DNA of 47,961 bases from assembly GCF_001194135.2 (NCBI RefSeq), contig NC_068990.1, forward strand, positions 89,288,725 through 89,336,685, read 5' to 3'. Positions 33,701 through 47,659 of this stretch are shown piece by piece; the stretch's first letter is position 1; each line of letters starts with the position of its first letter. Made by a program: the position numbers and the translations under genes. Origin of the DNA: Octopus bimaculoides. Its lineage: Eukaryota. The notes under the pieces are model-generated. The model searched no databases and had not been told where the DNA came from. It saw only the letters and a list, made by a program, of their open reading frames with translations.

Positions 33701-35626
33701 AGGCTGCATGCTCTATTTGTCAAAGCATAACTCAGAAATTTGATAAAGTAGGAAACCTGACTGAAATAAGTACTGGGGCCAATATGATTGACTACCCTTG
33801 TATGGCTGCAGTCCAGTGACTGAAACCAGTAAAAGAAAATCACATGCAATTACAGATTTGGAGGAATTTTTGAAAATTAATATTTATTTTCTTTGATAAC
33901 AATGAGTAATGATAAGGGTTTCTAACATAAACACAAGGCCTGACATTTTATGGGGAGGGGTAAGCCAGTAAGATCAACCCAGTATTTGACTGGTGCTTTA
34001 TTTTATTGATACCTGGGGTAGGGATGAGGGACACTGAAAGGCAAAGCTAACTATGGTGTGATTTGAACTCAGATTGTAAAGAGCTGGAACAAATATAGTG
34101 AGGTATTTTGTTCAACACTAATGATTTTGCCAATCTGTCACCATAAATAATAATAATAATAAGTTTTCAACTTCTATCTGAATCAGTTTAAATTTTGAAT
34201 ACCATTTTAAATATGTTTCTCAATAACAATTTTTTGCTTAGTTTGTTTTAGACATCACAGCTAAGGCCATATTGAAGCACTACCATAATATGCAAACGCC
34301 CTAAACATTCAACTAACGACCTTTTATGATGCGAGTCTCTTAATTGTTTAACTGTATACACCTCCCTCCACCACCGCAATCTCTGAGCTTCTAGAGTTAC
34401 TGCTTTACAGTAATTAATTCCGTCACACTGTATCCTGGGTTCAAATTCCACTGGGGTGGGGGTGCGTCAATTGATAAATGAGCATTAGTTATGTTGAGAG
34501 GTCAGTTTCATTGACTGTTTCCTCTCTACAGACTTGCAATCCTGTGCCAATGTTGAGAATTCAACATTTCAAAAGAAAGTTGTTTTATCTCTAGATCTAG
34601 AAATATTCGATTGTCTTAGTTCAAAATATATTGTCTTTCCTCTTCTTCCTCCTCTTTAAAACTGTAACTAAAATTCTTGGAATGAGAGAAAATATCAGTT
34701 GCTTTGCAGTGAATCTGAGGTAAAAGAAAACAGCCCAACAAAAATAGAACATCAAATCAAATATATTTAATCCAGCAGCAAAGAATAAGATCATTTGTTT
34801 TGTGGCTGATACAAGTAAAACCTTATTAAAATAGCTGGAATATTTCTAAGACTCATACTTTTAATAAACTTCCCAACATAATTTTCAGGAATATATAATG
34901 GGTTTAAAATAATAAAATTAATAATAATAGTTATACAGTTGCTTTGAATAATTTGTTCATTCTAAATACTACTTTTTTTTTCTTTTTTGTCCTAGTAGTT
35001 ACATTGAAGAAATTGGAGAGTAGTTTTCCTTTCTGAAATCTTACGAAGTTTACGTGCCAAATTAAAAATCTTGTGCTTGCAAGATGTGGTGTTTAATTTT
35101 TTTTTTTTTTTATACATTGAATTAGAAACCAAATATATTTCTTCCAAATCTTGATTTTAATTATAGTTTAAGGGGTTTTTTTTTTTTTTCATTTTATAAA
35201 TATAAATTTCAAAACATCTTTGCTTCATGTTTAATAAATGTCAAATCTATAGGACAAAATGTTTTGATTTAAATTGCAAGGCAGTTTGTATATGAATAGT
35301 CTTTTATATATTTATATATTTATTTATTTTTGTTAGTAAGAAGAGAAACATAATCTAATACATGAATTGTTACTAAACAGATGCTATGATTTGAGATAAT
35401 ATATATATATTGTGTGTGTGTTTATATATATAATTATCCGTTATATATTTGTAGAATTCAAGAGACAACAATGTCTGTTTTAACGTATTTAATATTGAGA
35501 TTTTCTAAATCTCTGAACCATCGTAGATCAAGTATAAGTCTCCCAATGACATGATGGATACATCGAGTGTTTGGAAGCCTTAAATGACTACTGGTTCTCT
35601 CTTCAACTTGGCAAAATAACTGTCAG

Positions 35627-35628
<2 letters not shown>

Positions 35629-35678
<50 letters not shown>
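35629..35678. repeat. (CA)n microsatellite
   Basis: Direct read. Confidence 0.97.
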
Positions 35679-35686
<8 letters not shown>

Positions 35687-36866
35687 TGGATAATTATTAA
35701 CAAAATACACTTATATATATTTATTCAAAACTGGTTATTCATTCCAATGCTACTCAGTTCCTCTGTGTCCAGTTTGTACATCCAAGTGTGTGTGTGTCTA
35801 TATATATATATTTATATATATAATATGTATGTGTGCATATATGCATATGAATGTACCTGTGTGTTTATGTATGTCATGTAAATAGGATTATATATCTCCA
35901 CCTGAAAGTCTTGAGCAATTGATCATTTGGTAGACTGTACTCATCAGGTGCAACCAACTGTAAGGTCTATGCCCAAAACCTTATTTATCTTTTTTTTTAA
36001 TTTTAATTTTTTGGGGGTCTAGCTGTGTTATAATTCCATTGAACCTATTTATAACAAACACATATCACTCTGCACACTTCCTACCCTAGGCTTTATTGAC
36101 CTTTTTGTGTTTCTGTATCACAAAACAATATAAATATACATACATACAAACATGTACAAATACAAATGACGGGTGTTTGTAAAGGCCCACTGCCCTCTAG
36201 TCTGCACCTGATTTGAGCCCTTTTAATTTTTTGGATATAAAATCAGCTGGACTTTTGGCATTGGACATAGACCAGCAATGATCATATTATTCATATCTGC
36301 TCATCTTATTTATTAAGTGCTCTTAGTTTAACCAACAAACACAGGTCCATTTACTTCTAACAAACTTTCATGTCTTGATTATATTTAGATTTTTTTTTCC
36401 TACTTCTTTTCCATTCCTTTTTAAAATTAAATCTGCTTCAGATAAAGATGATATAGTTTGATTACCTTAATGTATAAATCTCCTTTTTTTTTTTTGCCCC
36501 CTATCTTGGTTTCAAAATATATAACTTTTTTTGTTTTTGTCTGTTGTGCTTCTGTTTCAGTTAAGCAAAAATTTGTAAAAACAAACAAAAAAAAAATTCT
36601 TCAAATATAATTTTGAATAATTTAATTTTTTTTTTTTTCATATTTCTTTATTCTCAGTGTTGTTGTTCTCTGTTAAATGTATTTTTCTTGAAAATATCAG
36701 TTGTCGTCCCCACCCTCCATAACAAGCAGAAAAATTAAAAGACTTAACTTACCTACCTGTTCACCTAGCTTTTTGATATTTTTGTTGTTGCAATGTAATT
36801 TTTATTATGTTGAACATAAATGTCAAGCACTGTGGGGTTGTGGTGTTCTCTCTCTCTCTCTCTCTC

Positions 36867-36899
<33 letters not shown>

Positions 36900-39687
36900 G
36901 TCATTTCACTTTTGCTGCTAATGGCCCTGAGAAACGCATAAATATCATACACTGTCACCTTTTACCTTCTCATATGTAACAAAAGAAATTGTGGCCTTGT
37001 GCCAAAGAAGGAAATCAAAAAAAAAAAAGTTATAATTAAGCTTTTGTTGTTGTATATTTTATTGAGGTTGGGGGAGGGGGGGGTGATAATGTTTTTAGGT
37101 GTCAATGTTCAGTTAAGCTAGTGCCTTTCTGCTTCTGGAACCTTGGGTAAGTTCCTTAAGCTAGGATACTTTTACAGCTAATCACTTGCTTGTGGCATTC
37201 CTGAACAATGGCCTTTTAGAAACTTTCTAAAAATACGATTTTCTTCTCTTTAAGTTCTAATCACCAGCCCAATTACAAAACATCATGTCAGTGCCATTAT
37301 TATTATTATTATTATTCATTTGTTAATTTCTTTGCTGCTTATGCTTGCCAGGGAAAATGGAGAACTTCTTCCACATTAAATCAGAGGAAAATATCTCAAA
37401 TCGCAAGGGCTTCATTTTTGAGATTATATAGATCCTCTCTAATTTTATCTCACAACTCTGAAAGCCAGTGTTTCTACCCCACTGGTGCAATTATTTCTTA
37501 TTCTCCTCTTTCAAGCTTTCAAAGGGCAGGGATACAAAATTTAGATGTCTTCACAAGTTTTCATGCAAATTTAGAAACCAATGTTTACTTTATCAGAAAA
37601 CAATGTATTGTCTTGTTTTAGAATTTATTAAGTTTATGCTGAGATTTAAAGTATTTTTATGCAAATTTCATGGGCTGAACAATAAATAATAAATTCATTT
37701 TTGATTGCAGAAATGATATTAATTTAAAAAAAAATTATAAATAAATGAAAAAGAAAAAAAAACTAATAAAAATATTTTTGGCTTTATTTTATTCTAAGAT
37801 TTTCTTTGGAGCATTTGTTGCACTTCTTAAACCAGAATAATTTTTGGAAATTAATTTTGTAAATATAGTAGAAATATGATATTTTGTATTATTATTATTA
37901 TTAAGGTGGTGAGCTGGCAGAATCGTTAGCACACTAAGCAACGATACAGTTTTAGCACACTAGGTAATGATACAGTTACAGTTTTTTATTTTATTTCCTG
38001 AGTATACATTTCCACTTCGTTCTTGATATAACAACACTTTAGGTGAAGATGGTTGTAGATTCATGACTGGATGTAGCAAATACATTGATGGTTGTGAGGT
38101 GGTTTTTTTTTTTTTTGTCTTTTTTAGTAGAAGTCAGTTTTTTTACATTTTAATTTTAAGAACTTATTTCATTGAACTTTCAAACATCTCTACATTCTGG
38201 CTTATAGATTATAAATCAAGACCGTTGCTTAGAAGTGCATTTTAGCACCTCAGGTAGCAAAGCTCTGTTTCTATAATTTATTGAGACAAAATTATCTGTT
38301 AAAATGTTAAACAGAAACTACAATCTTTGTATTAACCTGATGTCAAAAACAAAAAGGCACCAAAAAAAAAAAAAAATTTACTACCTTTTATTTTCTTGAC
38401 ATTATCATCCAATGTTTTGATTGAGTATGTCTGCATAACAAAGTTACATTATGCTTAATCAAGATTTTGAACATTTCTGTGAAAATAATCTCTGTGGTGG
38501 AAACATAAGACCCTTCGGAGCCAAGGATGACTGAGATTGATATAATCATTTGTTCCCTTCTCTGAAATTTGTGGTCTTATACCTATGTCAACAATCAATT
38601 AGTGTAACTCTCGAAATAAGTTACACCTCCTCAAGAGATGTTTTCGTCTGATTTGTGTAACTTGTAAACACACTTTAATTCAATCTCAAATTGATTTGTT
38701 TCTGTTTCTTTATCTTTAGCTATTATCATTGATCACACTGGCATCCTTCTAAGGACCCTTCTTTTTTTCGTACTATTTTGAAGTTCTGAATCAGTTTCTT
38801 ATAAAAATTAAAAAGTGATTAATCATTCATTAATCACCTTTTACTTTACTTAGTATTGTTGTAGTAATCTCTTCTAAACCAGAAAACCATCTAATAAGAG
38901 TGTAATGCTCTTTGAAACCCCTCTCAATAATGAGGATGTCCTGCTGTTTGGTTTTTTTGCAGAGCATCTGCATCTGAAGATTCACCATTATTAAATTCAT
39001 TCACCAACTCTTATATCTTATAATTCAATTAGACAACATATAACTGTTAATGCTTTCTAAATCTTTATACGGTTCAGTGGTGTTTTACAAGAAATCGAGT
39101 TACCCATGTTAGTAATTATCTTAATTGTGTGGTGTTGACTTAGTCTAAACTTCCTGGTTATTGTTGAACTGTGGGGTCTGTTTTCACAGCAAAGTTGAAA
39201 TATGTTTATTAAATATGTGATTGTATCTTTGTTTATAAATTTAATCTCAAATACATTGTCAGTACTCCGGGTAATATAACAGACACACACACAATAAGAA
39301 ACAGAGGATGATGTATGTTATGTAGTGTATATAATATTTTATTTACAAGGCTTAAGTCATCCATGTTAGCTGAGGACATGAAACTTGAATATCAAAATAA
39401 ACTAATGAAATACTTATAGCATAAAGAATATATAACCTGAAGTACATTTTTGGTATATAGAACTGATTCCATGTACTACCATGCTTCCTTCCTCTTTTCT
39501 TAGTATATTTATATATTTCATTGTTAATTATCATTGCTTATAGATGTGATGGTGGTCAATAAAGTATTCTATGTACAGCTGTTGAATCAGTCGACTGTAC
39601 CTTTCCATCGTAAATGTACTGTCTTGTATCACTGTAGGTGACCTTTATTGATATTACTTCAGAAATCATTATTACTATAGCAATTTA

Positions 39688-39790
39688 AAGTGGTTAGCTG
39701 GCAGAATCGTTAGTACGCTAGGCAAAATGCTTAGCGGTATTTCATCTGCTGCTACGATCTGAGTTCAAATCCTTTCAAGGTCGCTATGTT
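39688..39790 (+). mobile_element. SINE head (aaggtggtgagctggcagaatcgttagc family)
   Basis: gtggttagctggcagaatcgttagtacgctaggcaaaatgcttagcggtatttcatctgctgctacgatctgagttcaaatcc; related heads at 37905, 40460 and 40665. Confidence 0.6.
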
Positions 39791-40430
39791 CGGAGTTGGG
39801 GTAAATTAGATAAAATGTGTCAGTCATGTTAATTTAATCAGTTCTCCACCATCCCACTCCTTTTGGGTGGTAATTTTAATCATTTGTTTGGTTTGTCCCC
39901 ACCATCTGGATGACATGTATCATTAGTGGAGCTTATTTTGTTGCAAGAATTTAAGCTAGGCCCCTAACATAAGAGTAATATCCTTCCACCTGCTTTGGTG
40001 GTCCTGAGAAAAACCGTCTATGCTGGCTGACTCCTACAGTTCTTTCTTTAAAAACCATGGTATTCCTGCAATAGTGGTAAGAACTCAATCAATCTAACTC
40101 AATTCCAGTTTCCATTCCAAATCACCTCTGAGTCTTCATTTATGTGAGCCCCAGGTTGGTTAGTGTCCTTTTATTTTTATTATTGAGAAGTCAAGGGAAA
40201 AGTAACAGCATGTCTTGAAGAAGTGAAATCTTTATAGTCCACCACTCATTCTTTTAATGTGCTGGAGTCAGTCAGATTTAACCCTTGTTTTTATTTTGTT
40301 GCATTCAGCCCTGAGTACCACCTGTACTACATGTAAACCTACTTACAGTGTCATATAAAAACCATAAACTACTTTTTTTTTAAAATTAGACATAGCAATC
40401 CTTTGTATTTCTGCAATTTCAAAATACCCT

Positions 40431-40462
<32 letters not shown>

Positions 40463-41131
40463 GGTAGATTAACTGGATTGTTAGAGTATTGGACAAATTG
40501 CTTTGCAGTAATTGATCTGGTTCTTTATATTCTGAGTTCAAATTCTACTAAGGTCAACTTTGCCTTTCCATTCCCCCAGCAGTAACATACTAGGGTTGAT
40601 CTAATTGACCATACCCCCTCCTCCATGGTCTTGTGCCTCAGAAATTATTATTAGAGCAGTGTCATATGGCAGAATCAGTAGCACTCCTGACAAAATACCT
40701 TTACATTCTAAGTTCAAATCTTGATGTGGCCAGTTTTTTCAAATCTTCCTGGATCAATTTAATTTCATGTATCTAGCTCCAAATTTTGTAACCTTGTGCC
40801 ATTGTAAGAAAATATTATACATTATTTTTGTGGTCAGACTTTGTACCCTAACTAGACAATATGTAAATACCCCCAAGACTTCTTTAATTCTGGTATAGCT
40901 ACCTCTGGTACATATTGTCTGTCGACTCCTCATAACAACATACCTCTTTCTCATTTTATCATCCTATTTCCATTTCTAACTGGGTATGCTTTGTCTTATA
41001 AATATTTTCATTTGTTCTGTTTGCTTATTTATGGAATTACTTGTCTCTTTTAAACTTGCGATTATTCATAATTCCTTTAAGAGATCTGATAAACAGAACA
41101 CTTCTCTTATACCTGAGCAACTGCCTTAGCT

Positions 41132-41240
41132 GAAAAGGAAAATACTGTTGTACCTCAAACGCTAATCTGATAGAAAAGCAAGGTACTGTTGTAGTTCAAA
41201 AGTGAATCTAGTAGACAAGATACTGGTTTACCCAAACATT
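41132..41240. repeat. Degenerate 41-bp tandem repeat, about 2.6 copies
   Basis: gaaaaggaaaatactgttgtacctcaaac (41132), gaaaagcaaggtactgttgtagttcaaaa (41173), gacaagatactggtttacccaaac (41214). Confidence 0.55.
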
Positions 41241-43999
41241 TGCCCTTGTACAAAAGTAAGCTGGCTTAGTACAGTACTGTTTTTTCTTTCATCTCGTCAG
41301 CCAACACTATTGATTCAGTCAGATGTAATTCTGATTCATCACAGTGTTATTATGTAAATATGATAATTCCTACAGAAATATATATTTTGGAAAATTCCCT
41401 TTTGTTTGTTCGCTTGTAGTTTAATGCTAAAATCATTAATGGTGGTGGTTAAACCATTAATGCTTGTCGGTAACCCTGTTGTAAGACAATGCAGATTAAA
41501 TTGACACATAATCGCCAACTCATTTGAATTTAGGTTCCACGTTTCTCTGTATGGTCAATAAATGAGGCAAATAAAACTATAAAAATTCCTTTTAACTTTT
41601 GTAATTAATTAGTAGAAGCTTAATTCCCATTTCTAAATAATGAATTCTTTGAAAACCTCTGAGGGTTTGGCCTTATGTGTTCATTCCCCAAACCACAAGA
41701 ACTGGTTACTAAATATACTTCTGAGTGTTTTCACAAAGACTGGGTTTTTAATTTCACTTCTGCCACATTTTTGACAATCTTGTCTGTAAATTCCCTGCTG
41801 GCTTTTAACTACCATTTGCTTTCTGAGGGCAAAAATCAGAATTTTTATTTGTTCACAGTTAGAGCACGAATACATTGTAAGGTTTTCTTTTTATTTCTTC
41901 CTGTAATTGAAATAACAACTCGGTTTTTAAGTATAAACTATTTTTTTTGCAATAGAAATGGTGAATTAATTTTACCTTTCATCTCCCCATCCTCTTCTTG
42001 GGATTAGCTCTCACCTCTTGAACGCGTGTTCTTAGATGGCTTGCAATTCATTTTCATACATACCCAAAACATTTCTACACTACTCCAAAACAAAATTAAT
42101 ACTTCTTAAATAATTGATTTCATTATGAAAAGTTATATTTTCTTAATCATCTTCATATATAATGAATTCTGATACTTTTTAAAATTTATTGACAAAAAAA
42201 GAAGAAAAAAAAGCAATCAAAGGACTGCCAACTCAGATTAAGATTGCCTGTGGCTAAATCTATTAAAAGTTTATCTTTATTTCAAAAACTGTAATTATCT
42301 CTAATTCTGTGCTCCACTAAAAAAACTTCATAATTTATACAATTTAACAAATGATATATTTTTAACATTGCTATTTTAATTGGTTCAAATTTATTGTAAA
42401 ATGTAAAAGAAGCAAATATATTAATCTATCGAAATTAAGATGATTTATGCTGTAGCTATTTCAGTGGAAAAAATCAAAATTAGCTGTATTAGGGGAATTA
42501 AGAGATAGTGTTCCTGAAAATGTGGCACAAACAAATCCAAAGACCCAATCTTTGCTGGTACATTAGTACTACTACTACTAATAATAATAATATACATATT
42601 ATATGCATGAATTTATTGTTGTTGTCTTTTGTATAGTTACATGTGTGTAATTATGTATATTTATATTTTAATATCCTACGATATATTTGTTAAGAATATA
42701 TTGCAATATAGTTTGAGTTTTTCTTTTCAAGTGAGGCTGGTGCTGTCGGTACTTGGTGTGCTATAACAATGACAGATCTCTGACCTTATCCTCTTCTCAA
42801 ATATACTGAGAACACAGGCTACTTTTGAAGGGTGGTGGGGTGGGGGTGGGGCATACAACTTAGTCCATCTATACTTGGGGGAATGGACAGTTACAGGATG
42901 TGGGATGAACGCTTGCAGCATAGAGGATAAGGTCTGAACACTGCAGGTTTGATTTCTAGTCATAGTTATTTCATTTGCTCTGCTAATGCCTTTGGAAAAG
43001 CATGAACATCACAACTCCTAATTTCTCCCCTTTTATTTGGTAAAAGCTGTATAACCTTTAACTGATACTTCAGCATAAAAAGGCCAATCAGTTTATTGTA
43101 TCCCACTTCATTAATTATATTAAGATTGTATACTTAACCTTGTATATTTCCCATTATTGCTTAGAATGAAAAAAATAAAAAATAAAAATGTTAATGTAAG
43201 AATTTCCTTGCAGTTCCTTTGAGAGTATTTGAAATATTTGTGTGTAATTAGCTGCTTTGAAGACTTCTGAATGTGCTTGTCCTCCACCAGTTTACTGGGT
43301 ACAGTTTTAGCTACACAAATCAGGCTACAATCTTCACTCACACATCAGGTGAACTAGCAAGGGGCACTAGTAGCAAGTATTGTCAGCTATTTGCTCTGCT
43401 GACTATTGATCTTCCTACTCTGCCAACCACCTCACCATGATCATCCAGCAGATGATGCTTGGCTCTTGTTTGTCATCTGATTAGGATGCTCTGTTCTTTT
43501 GAAGTGATCTCAAAAAAATTCCCTGCGAGATAGACAGCTAGAGAGAGGAGGGGATGAGAATGAGAGAAAAAGTACACTGCTGAATAAAAATGTTTTCTAA
43601 GCTGGAGTTTGTGTTACAAGCAAACCATTGCTTGCAGTCTCCAAGATCAATATTTCCAATGTTTTCCTGAGGTGGCCATCAGCTATAGCAGTAGTTGAAC
43701 TGAATGTCAGCTCCATTTCTTGCTACCGATGCTGCAATAGCAGTAGATACATCACTTACCTGACATCTTGCTTTTTCTCCCGTACTCCCACTTCCCATCT
43801 TTATTCCAGACTATGCCACTGCTGTATTTCTCTCAACTCTTTTGTCTCTTTCACAGCTGTTCTGTCAGCTGAAGATGTCTGTGATGTTCTTGTTAGTAAA
43901 ACTTTTGTTTGTGTGTAGTTGTTGTTTTTGTTTGCACTCTTTTGTGTTAATAATACTTATAGCATTACATATGCTGAGGTATTTATATATATTATATAA

Positions 44000-44140
44000 T
44001 AGAATGGTGTGTCTTTGCTAAGGTTTAACTCTCTTGTATTTGTGCTACTAATAGTGTTAGATATGCAGCAGTATATATAGTAGAGTGGTATGTCTTGTCT
44101 AAGGTTTAACTCTTTAGTATTCATAATACTAATGGTGTTA
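44000..44140. repeat. Diverged 81-bp-period tandem duplication
   Basis: tagaatggtgtgtctttgctaaggtttaactctcttgtatt...actaatagtgtta (44000) vs tagagtggtatgtcttgtctaaggtttaactctttagtatt...actaatggtgtta (44081). Confidence 0.68.
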
Positions 44141-45969
44141 TGTATGTATATATTTATAAAATGATGAACCGAAAGCAAGCACTTCACACGTGATTTAATG
44201 GGGTAGGGGTGGGCAGTTCCTGCTGCAGAAGGTAACAGTGTCAACAAGATCCAGTATGACAGGTAGTTAGATTTGGGCCAGTTTGAATGCTAAAGTATAA
44301 TAAACCCCAACTGAAAGGGTAAAAAGTGTTGCAGCAACATATTTATTTATAATTCCACATATTCTTTCTAAGTTGGTGGCCTATGTGAGGAAGTGTTAAA
44401 TTCAGTGAGTGGCAAAGAAATGAGGTATGTTGGTATGCTGTGAGATATGTTGGATATTTCTTCTCAGTGCATACTAACATACTTTTCCTTTTCTAGTTTT
44501 TTTTTTTCTTTTCTTTTTTTCCTTATTCTAGTCAGACAAACGGAAAGCATTTCCTCAAAATAACTGGAGGCTTGCAGCTGGGTGTTTTGCTTTTGTTCAA
44601 AAACAAATAGTTGCCCTTAGAAAATTGTATTGTTTACAACTTAAAACTGGTATCAATAGATTTCAAAAAGAAGAAAAAATTCTTGTCCCACAAGATGGAA
44701 GAAATATGAATTGTATACAAGTCAACATTTTAAGTTTTAAAAGAGGATATATAAAAAAATAAACTTTCCCAAACCAGATGCCGACCTTTTGGGTATAATA
44801 TGTAATCTTTACCTCTGGCCTAAAAAAAACTTGAATGTTGACTTAAAGTCACCTAATATATGGTCATTATATATATTCTTGTATTATACTATTTTATATT
44901 GTAGATTCCCATGTTTTTTTTCCTCATGATTATTTTATTTATTATTTTCTATTCTGAAAGAGCAGAATTCTTTACCTCTGGAGAGAAAAAAAGTGCATAA
45001 AAGCTCAGATCAGTAACTTAAAGGGCTTACCAAAGTTTTCTTTGTGGCCCACTACTTTGTCTTTGTGTTAGATGTGTAATGTAATTGTGTAATTGTATAC
45101 CCTGAATGTGTTCTAGCTAGTTCTCTATCCTATCCAATCCCTTTAACCAGAGAAAACAAAATCTAATGGTGTTTGATCAGCTTGATTACATGTGGACACA
45201 TGAGAATGAAATTTATGACACCTTCATCTGAAAAGTAAATAAAGTCTTTTTAAAATAATATTTTTTTGTTATTTTTTAAATTTTTATTTGGACCACTGTT
45301 CTCTGCACTTGCTTCTATAGACATATCTAGCCTCAACTTCTAATGCCATCCTATAAAATGCATTCAAGTTCCAGTTTGAATGAGACTTTGGTAACATGGC
45401 AGTTAAATTTGAAAACAAAAGTAGCAATTAATTTCATAATAAATTTTGCATAGGAAGTGTGAAGCTACCTGGGTATTGGATGGAGATGTGCAGAAGCTGT
45501 AGAGAAATTGAGATAAGCATGTGTTGGGTGTGTAATGTTAACTTGCTTAAAAGAGTGCTGCTTTCCAATATGAAATGTACTCTAAGTTTTAAAGGCATCA
45601 GTGTATGTATGTTGGAGAGGTGGTTGTACCTGTATGGACAAGTAGATTCACAACACTTGCTGGATGAAATAGTAGTTAAGAGTTATCTGTGACAGAAGGC
45701 AAGAAGAAATACTGAGATCAGGTGACACTAACAATATCTTGCACTACTGATTTGGACGACTTGTGCCAGTCTGGTCGCACAGCTGTTGAAATGGTAATAA
45801 CTAGAATTTAATCTAAATGTTATTACATTTAATTCAATTAACTGAAAATTTGAACTTACGCTTTAGTTCTATTGGTTTTTCTAATGTTTGATGTTCATTT
45901 AGTAATGTCTACTAACAGTGTTAGTAGATATTACATATACTAACCGCTTTAGGCAATCATGTGACGATG

Positions 45970-46130
45970 TGAAGCAGTTGCTTGACCTGCTAGAAATAGC
46001 AGCCATATCTTTCCAATGACAAGAAAGGAAACAAGATCAAGTAGTTTTTAGATACACTGAATCTGAAAAAAAGACAGGATGGTCATAGTTGGAGCAAACT
46101 GACATGGATCTAAACTAGGCTTTCTTAAGG
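45970..46130 (-). mobile_element. Interspersed repeat, same family as 5345..5555
   Basis: gacctgctagaaatagcagcc...aaaaaagacaggatggtcatag is the reverse complement of the family core. Confidence 0.5.
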
Positions 46131-46539
46131 GAAGGTGGAAGCTGTGAGGATCAAAATGGTGGCAGACAAATTGCCATCCTTAAGGAAATGGAGATAATTT
46201 AAACATTTTAAAACTTGTCCAGCATCACAGAGAAAGATATTTGTTCCCCTAACAACTCTTTGCTCTGTGTCCACTCACTAAAATGTCCTCCACCCATTTT
46301 AGTTTTGCAATCTTGTGAACTCACCCTATCCAGTCTTTGGTTCCACTTACATACACCTCACTGGAACTTGAATGCACCCCCACTTTTGCATCACATCTTC
46401 ACCATCTCTCTCCTCTCTTTCTTCCCCCTCTCTGCCCTACTGTGGTGGCCATGTATCGCCTTTACTGCAAGGCGCCTGTTTGTGTCCCTCTATTCATACT
46501 CTAACCTCTCGTCACCTGCCACAAAGCCACTCCTCTCTC

Positions 46540-46710
46540 GGTTGAGAGGGTCTTGCCTTGGAAGTTATTTGGTCACCTCACTGCTGCTGGTGCCATGCAA
46601 AAAGCATCCAATACACTCTGTTTGGTGTTCAGAAGGTCATTGAACCATAGAAACCGTACCAAAGCAGACCAGCAGGGTTTGGTGTAGTCTTCTGACTTGT
46701 GAGCAAAGAA
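46540..46710 (+). mobile_element. RTE-type 3' tail fragment
   Basis: gctggtgccatgcaaaaagcatccaatacactctg...catagaaaccgtaccaaagcagac, complementary to the 5160..5225 tail. Confidence 0.5.
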
Positions 46711-47116
46711 AACAGGTATTAAATGACAATTAGTAAAGAGCAGGGTGGCATTCACTAATATTTTGTGAGTGAAATGTCAGTTTGAAAGCCATTGGTCTTC
46801 CCCACTTAGCATTCAGATTACTTAGTCAAAAGTATTGTTCATTTATCCACATTGTTTTGAATTCATCCTGCATTATCTTGTAGCTTTCAATGATGTAATT
46901 GTTTATTTTTAGAATGACATTGTAGGGCAGGTGTGAGAGACTGGATCTGGCCAGGTAGAGTATTTTACCTGCTTTTCAAGTGAGGGATCTCATTCCACAC
47001 AGTAAAGGGAGTGGATGATTTGTTGACAGAACTGATAACAACAATTGCAAATTTTTAGAAGCAAGCAGGAATGTAAACAAACACACACCTACATACACAT
47101 GCATACAATATAACAG

Positions 47117-47257
47117 TCTTCTTTCAGTTTCTGTCTATCAAATCTACTCAAAGACTTTGGTCAGTTTGGGACTGACCAGAGGTGCTGTGTGGTGGAACTG
47201 AACCTGAAACTCCATGGTTAGAAGGCAGACCCTTTAACCACACAGCCATGCCTATGC
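47117..47257 (-). mobile_element. SINE head fragment
   Basis: tcttctttcagtttctgtctatcaaatctactca...ttaaccacacagccatgcc is the reverse complement of the 19361/13511 head. Confidence 0.6.
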
Positions 47258-47659
47258 CTGTATATCATGTATAGATGTGTATGTTCCTAGTTGTAGGCCA
47301 CAGTCATGAACCTAGGTATCCAAAATTTTTGTTCGTGGGGGTATGTCTTTTAATGGAGAAGGTCATTGACTGTGTGACTTTTTCTGATACTTTCTTTAAG
47401 CCCAGGCAAAGCTGGGTGCTGCTGCTATATTATAAAGTTGAATGCAGAACAACTATCAGACACAGAACAGCCAGTGCCTGCACACATGCAAAGAACAGGC
47501 ATCACACACACATACATAGAGCAGCCATCAGAAACCAATAAAGAGTGGCTGGAGGGAGGCTGTGAGAAATACAGCTAAATATAGAGGGGGTGATGTGACA
47601 TTATAGCATTTAGGAAGCAGTGACAGTTTCAAGAAAATAACAGTGTATATATATATATA

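Noticed and set aside
43480-43798. Minus-strand frame MGSG...IQFNYCYS-TGA-WPPQ...KQWFACNTNSSLENIFIQQC, then out of frame GNFFEIT, superficially like selenoprotein T motifs (CxxU, KVYAC...NQC, GAFEIT) in order
   Set aside because: Spacing needs several large deletions, a TAG and frame change interrupt it, there is no signal peptide, no foldable SECIS was found downstream, and the segment is better explained as an intron. A TBLASTN with SELENOT would settle it.
46215-46643. 142-aa plus-strand ORF
   Set aside because: Non-ATG start, low-complexity Leu/Ser/Pro composition, 3' part is an RTE-type tail.
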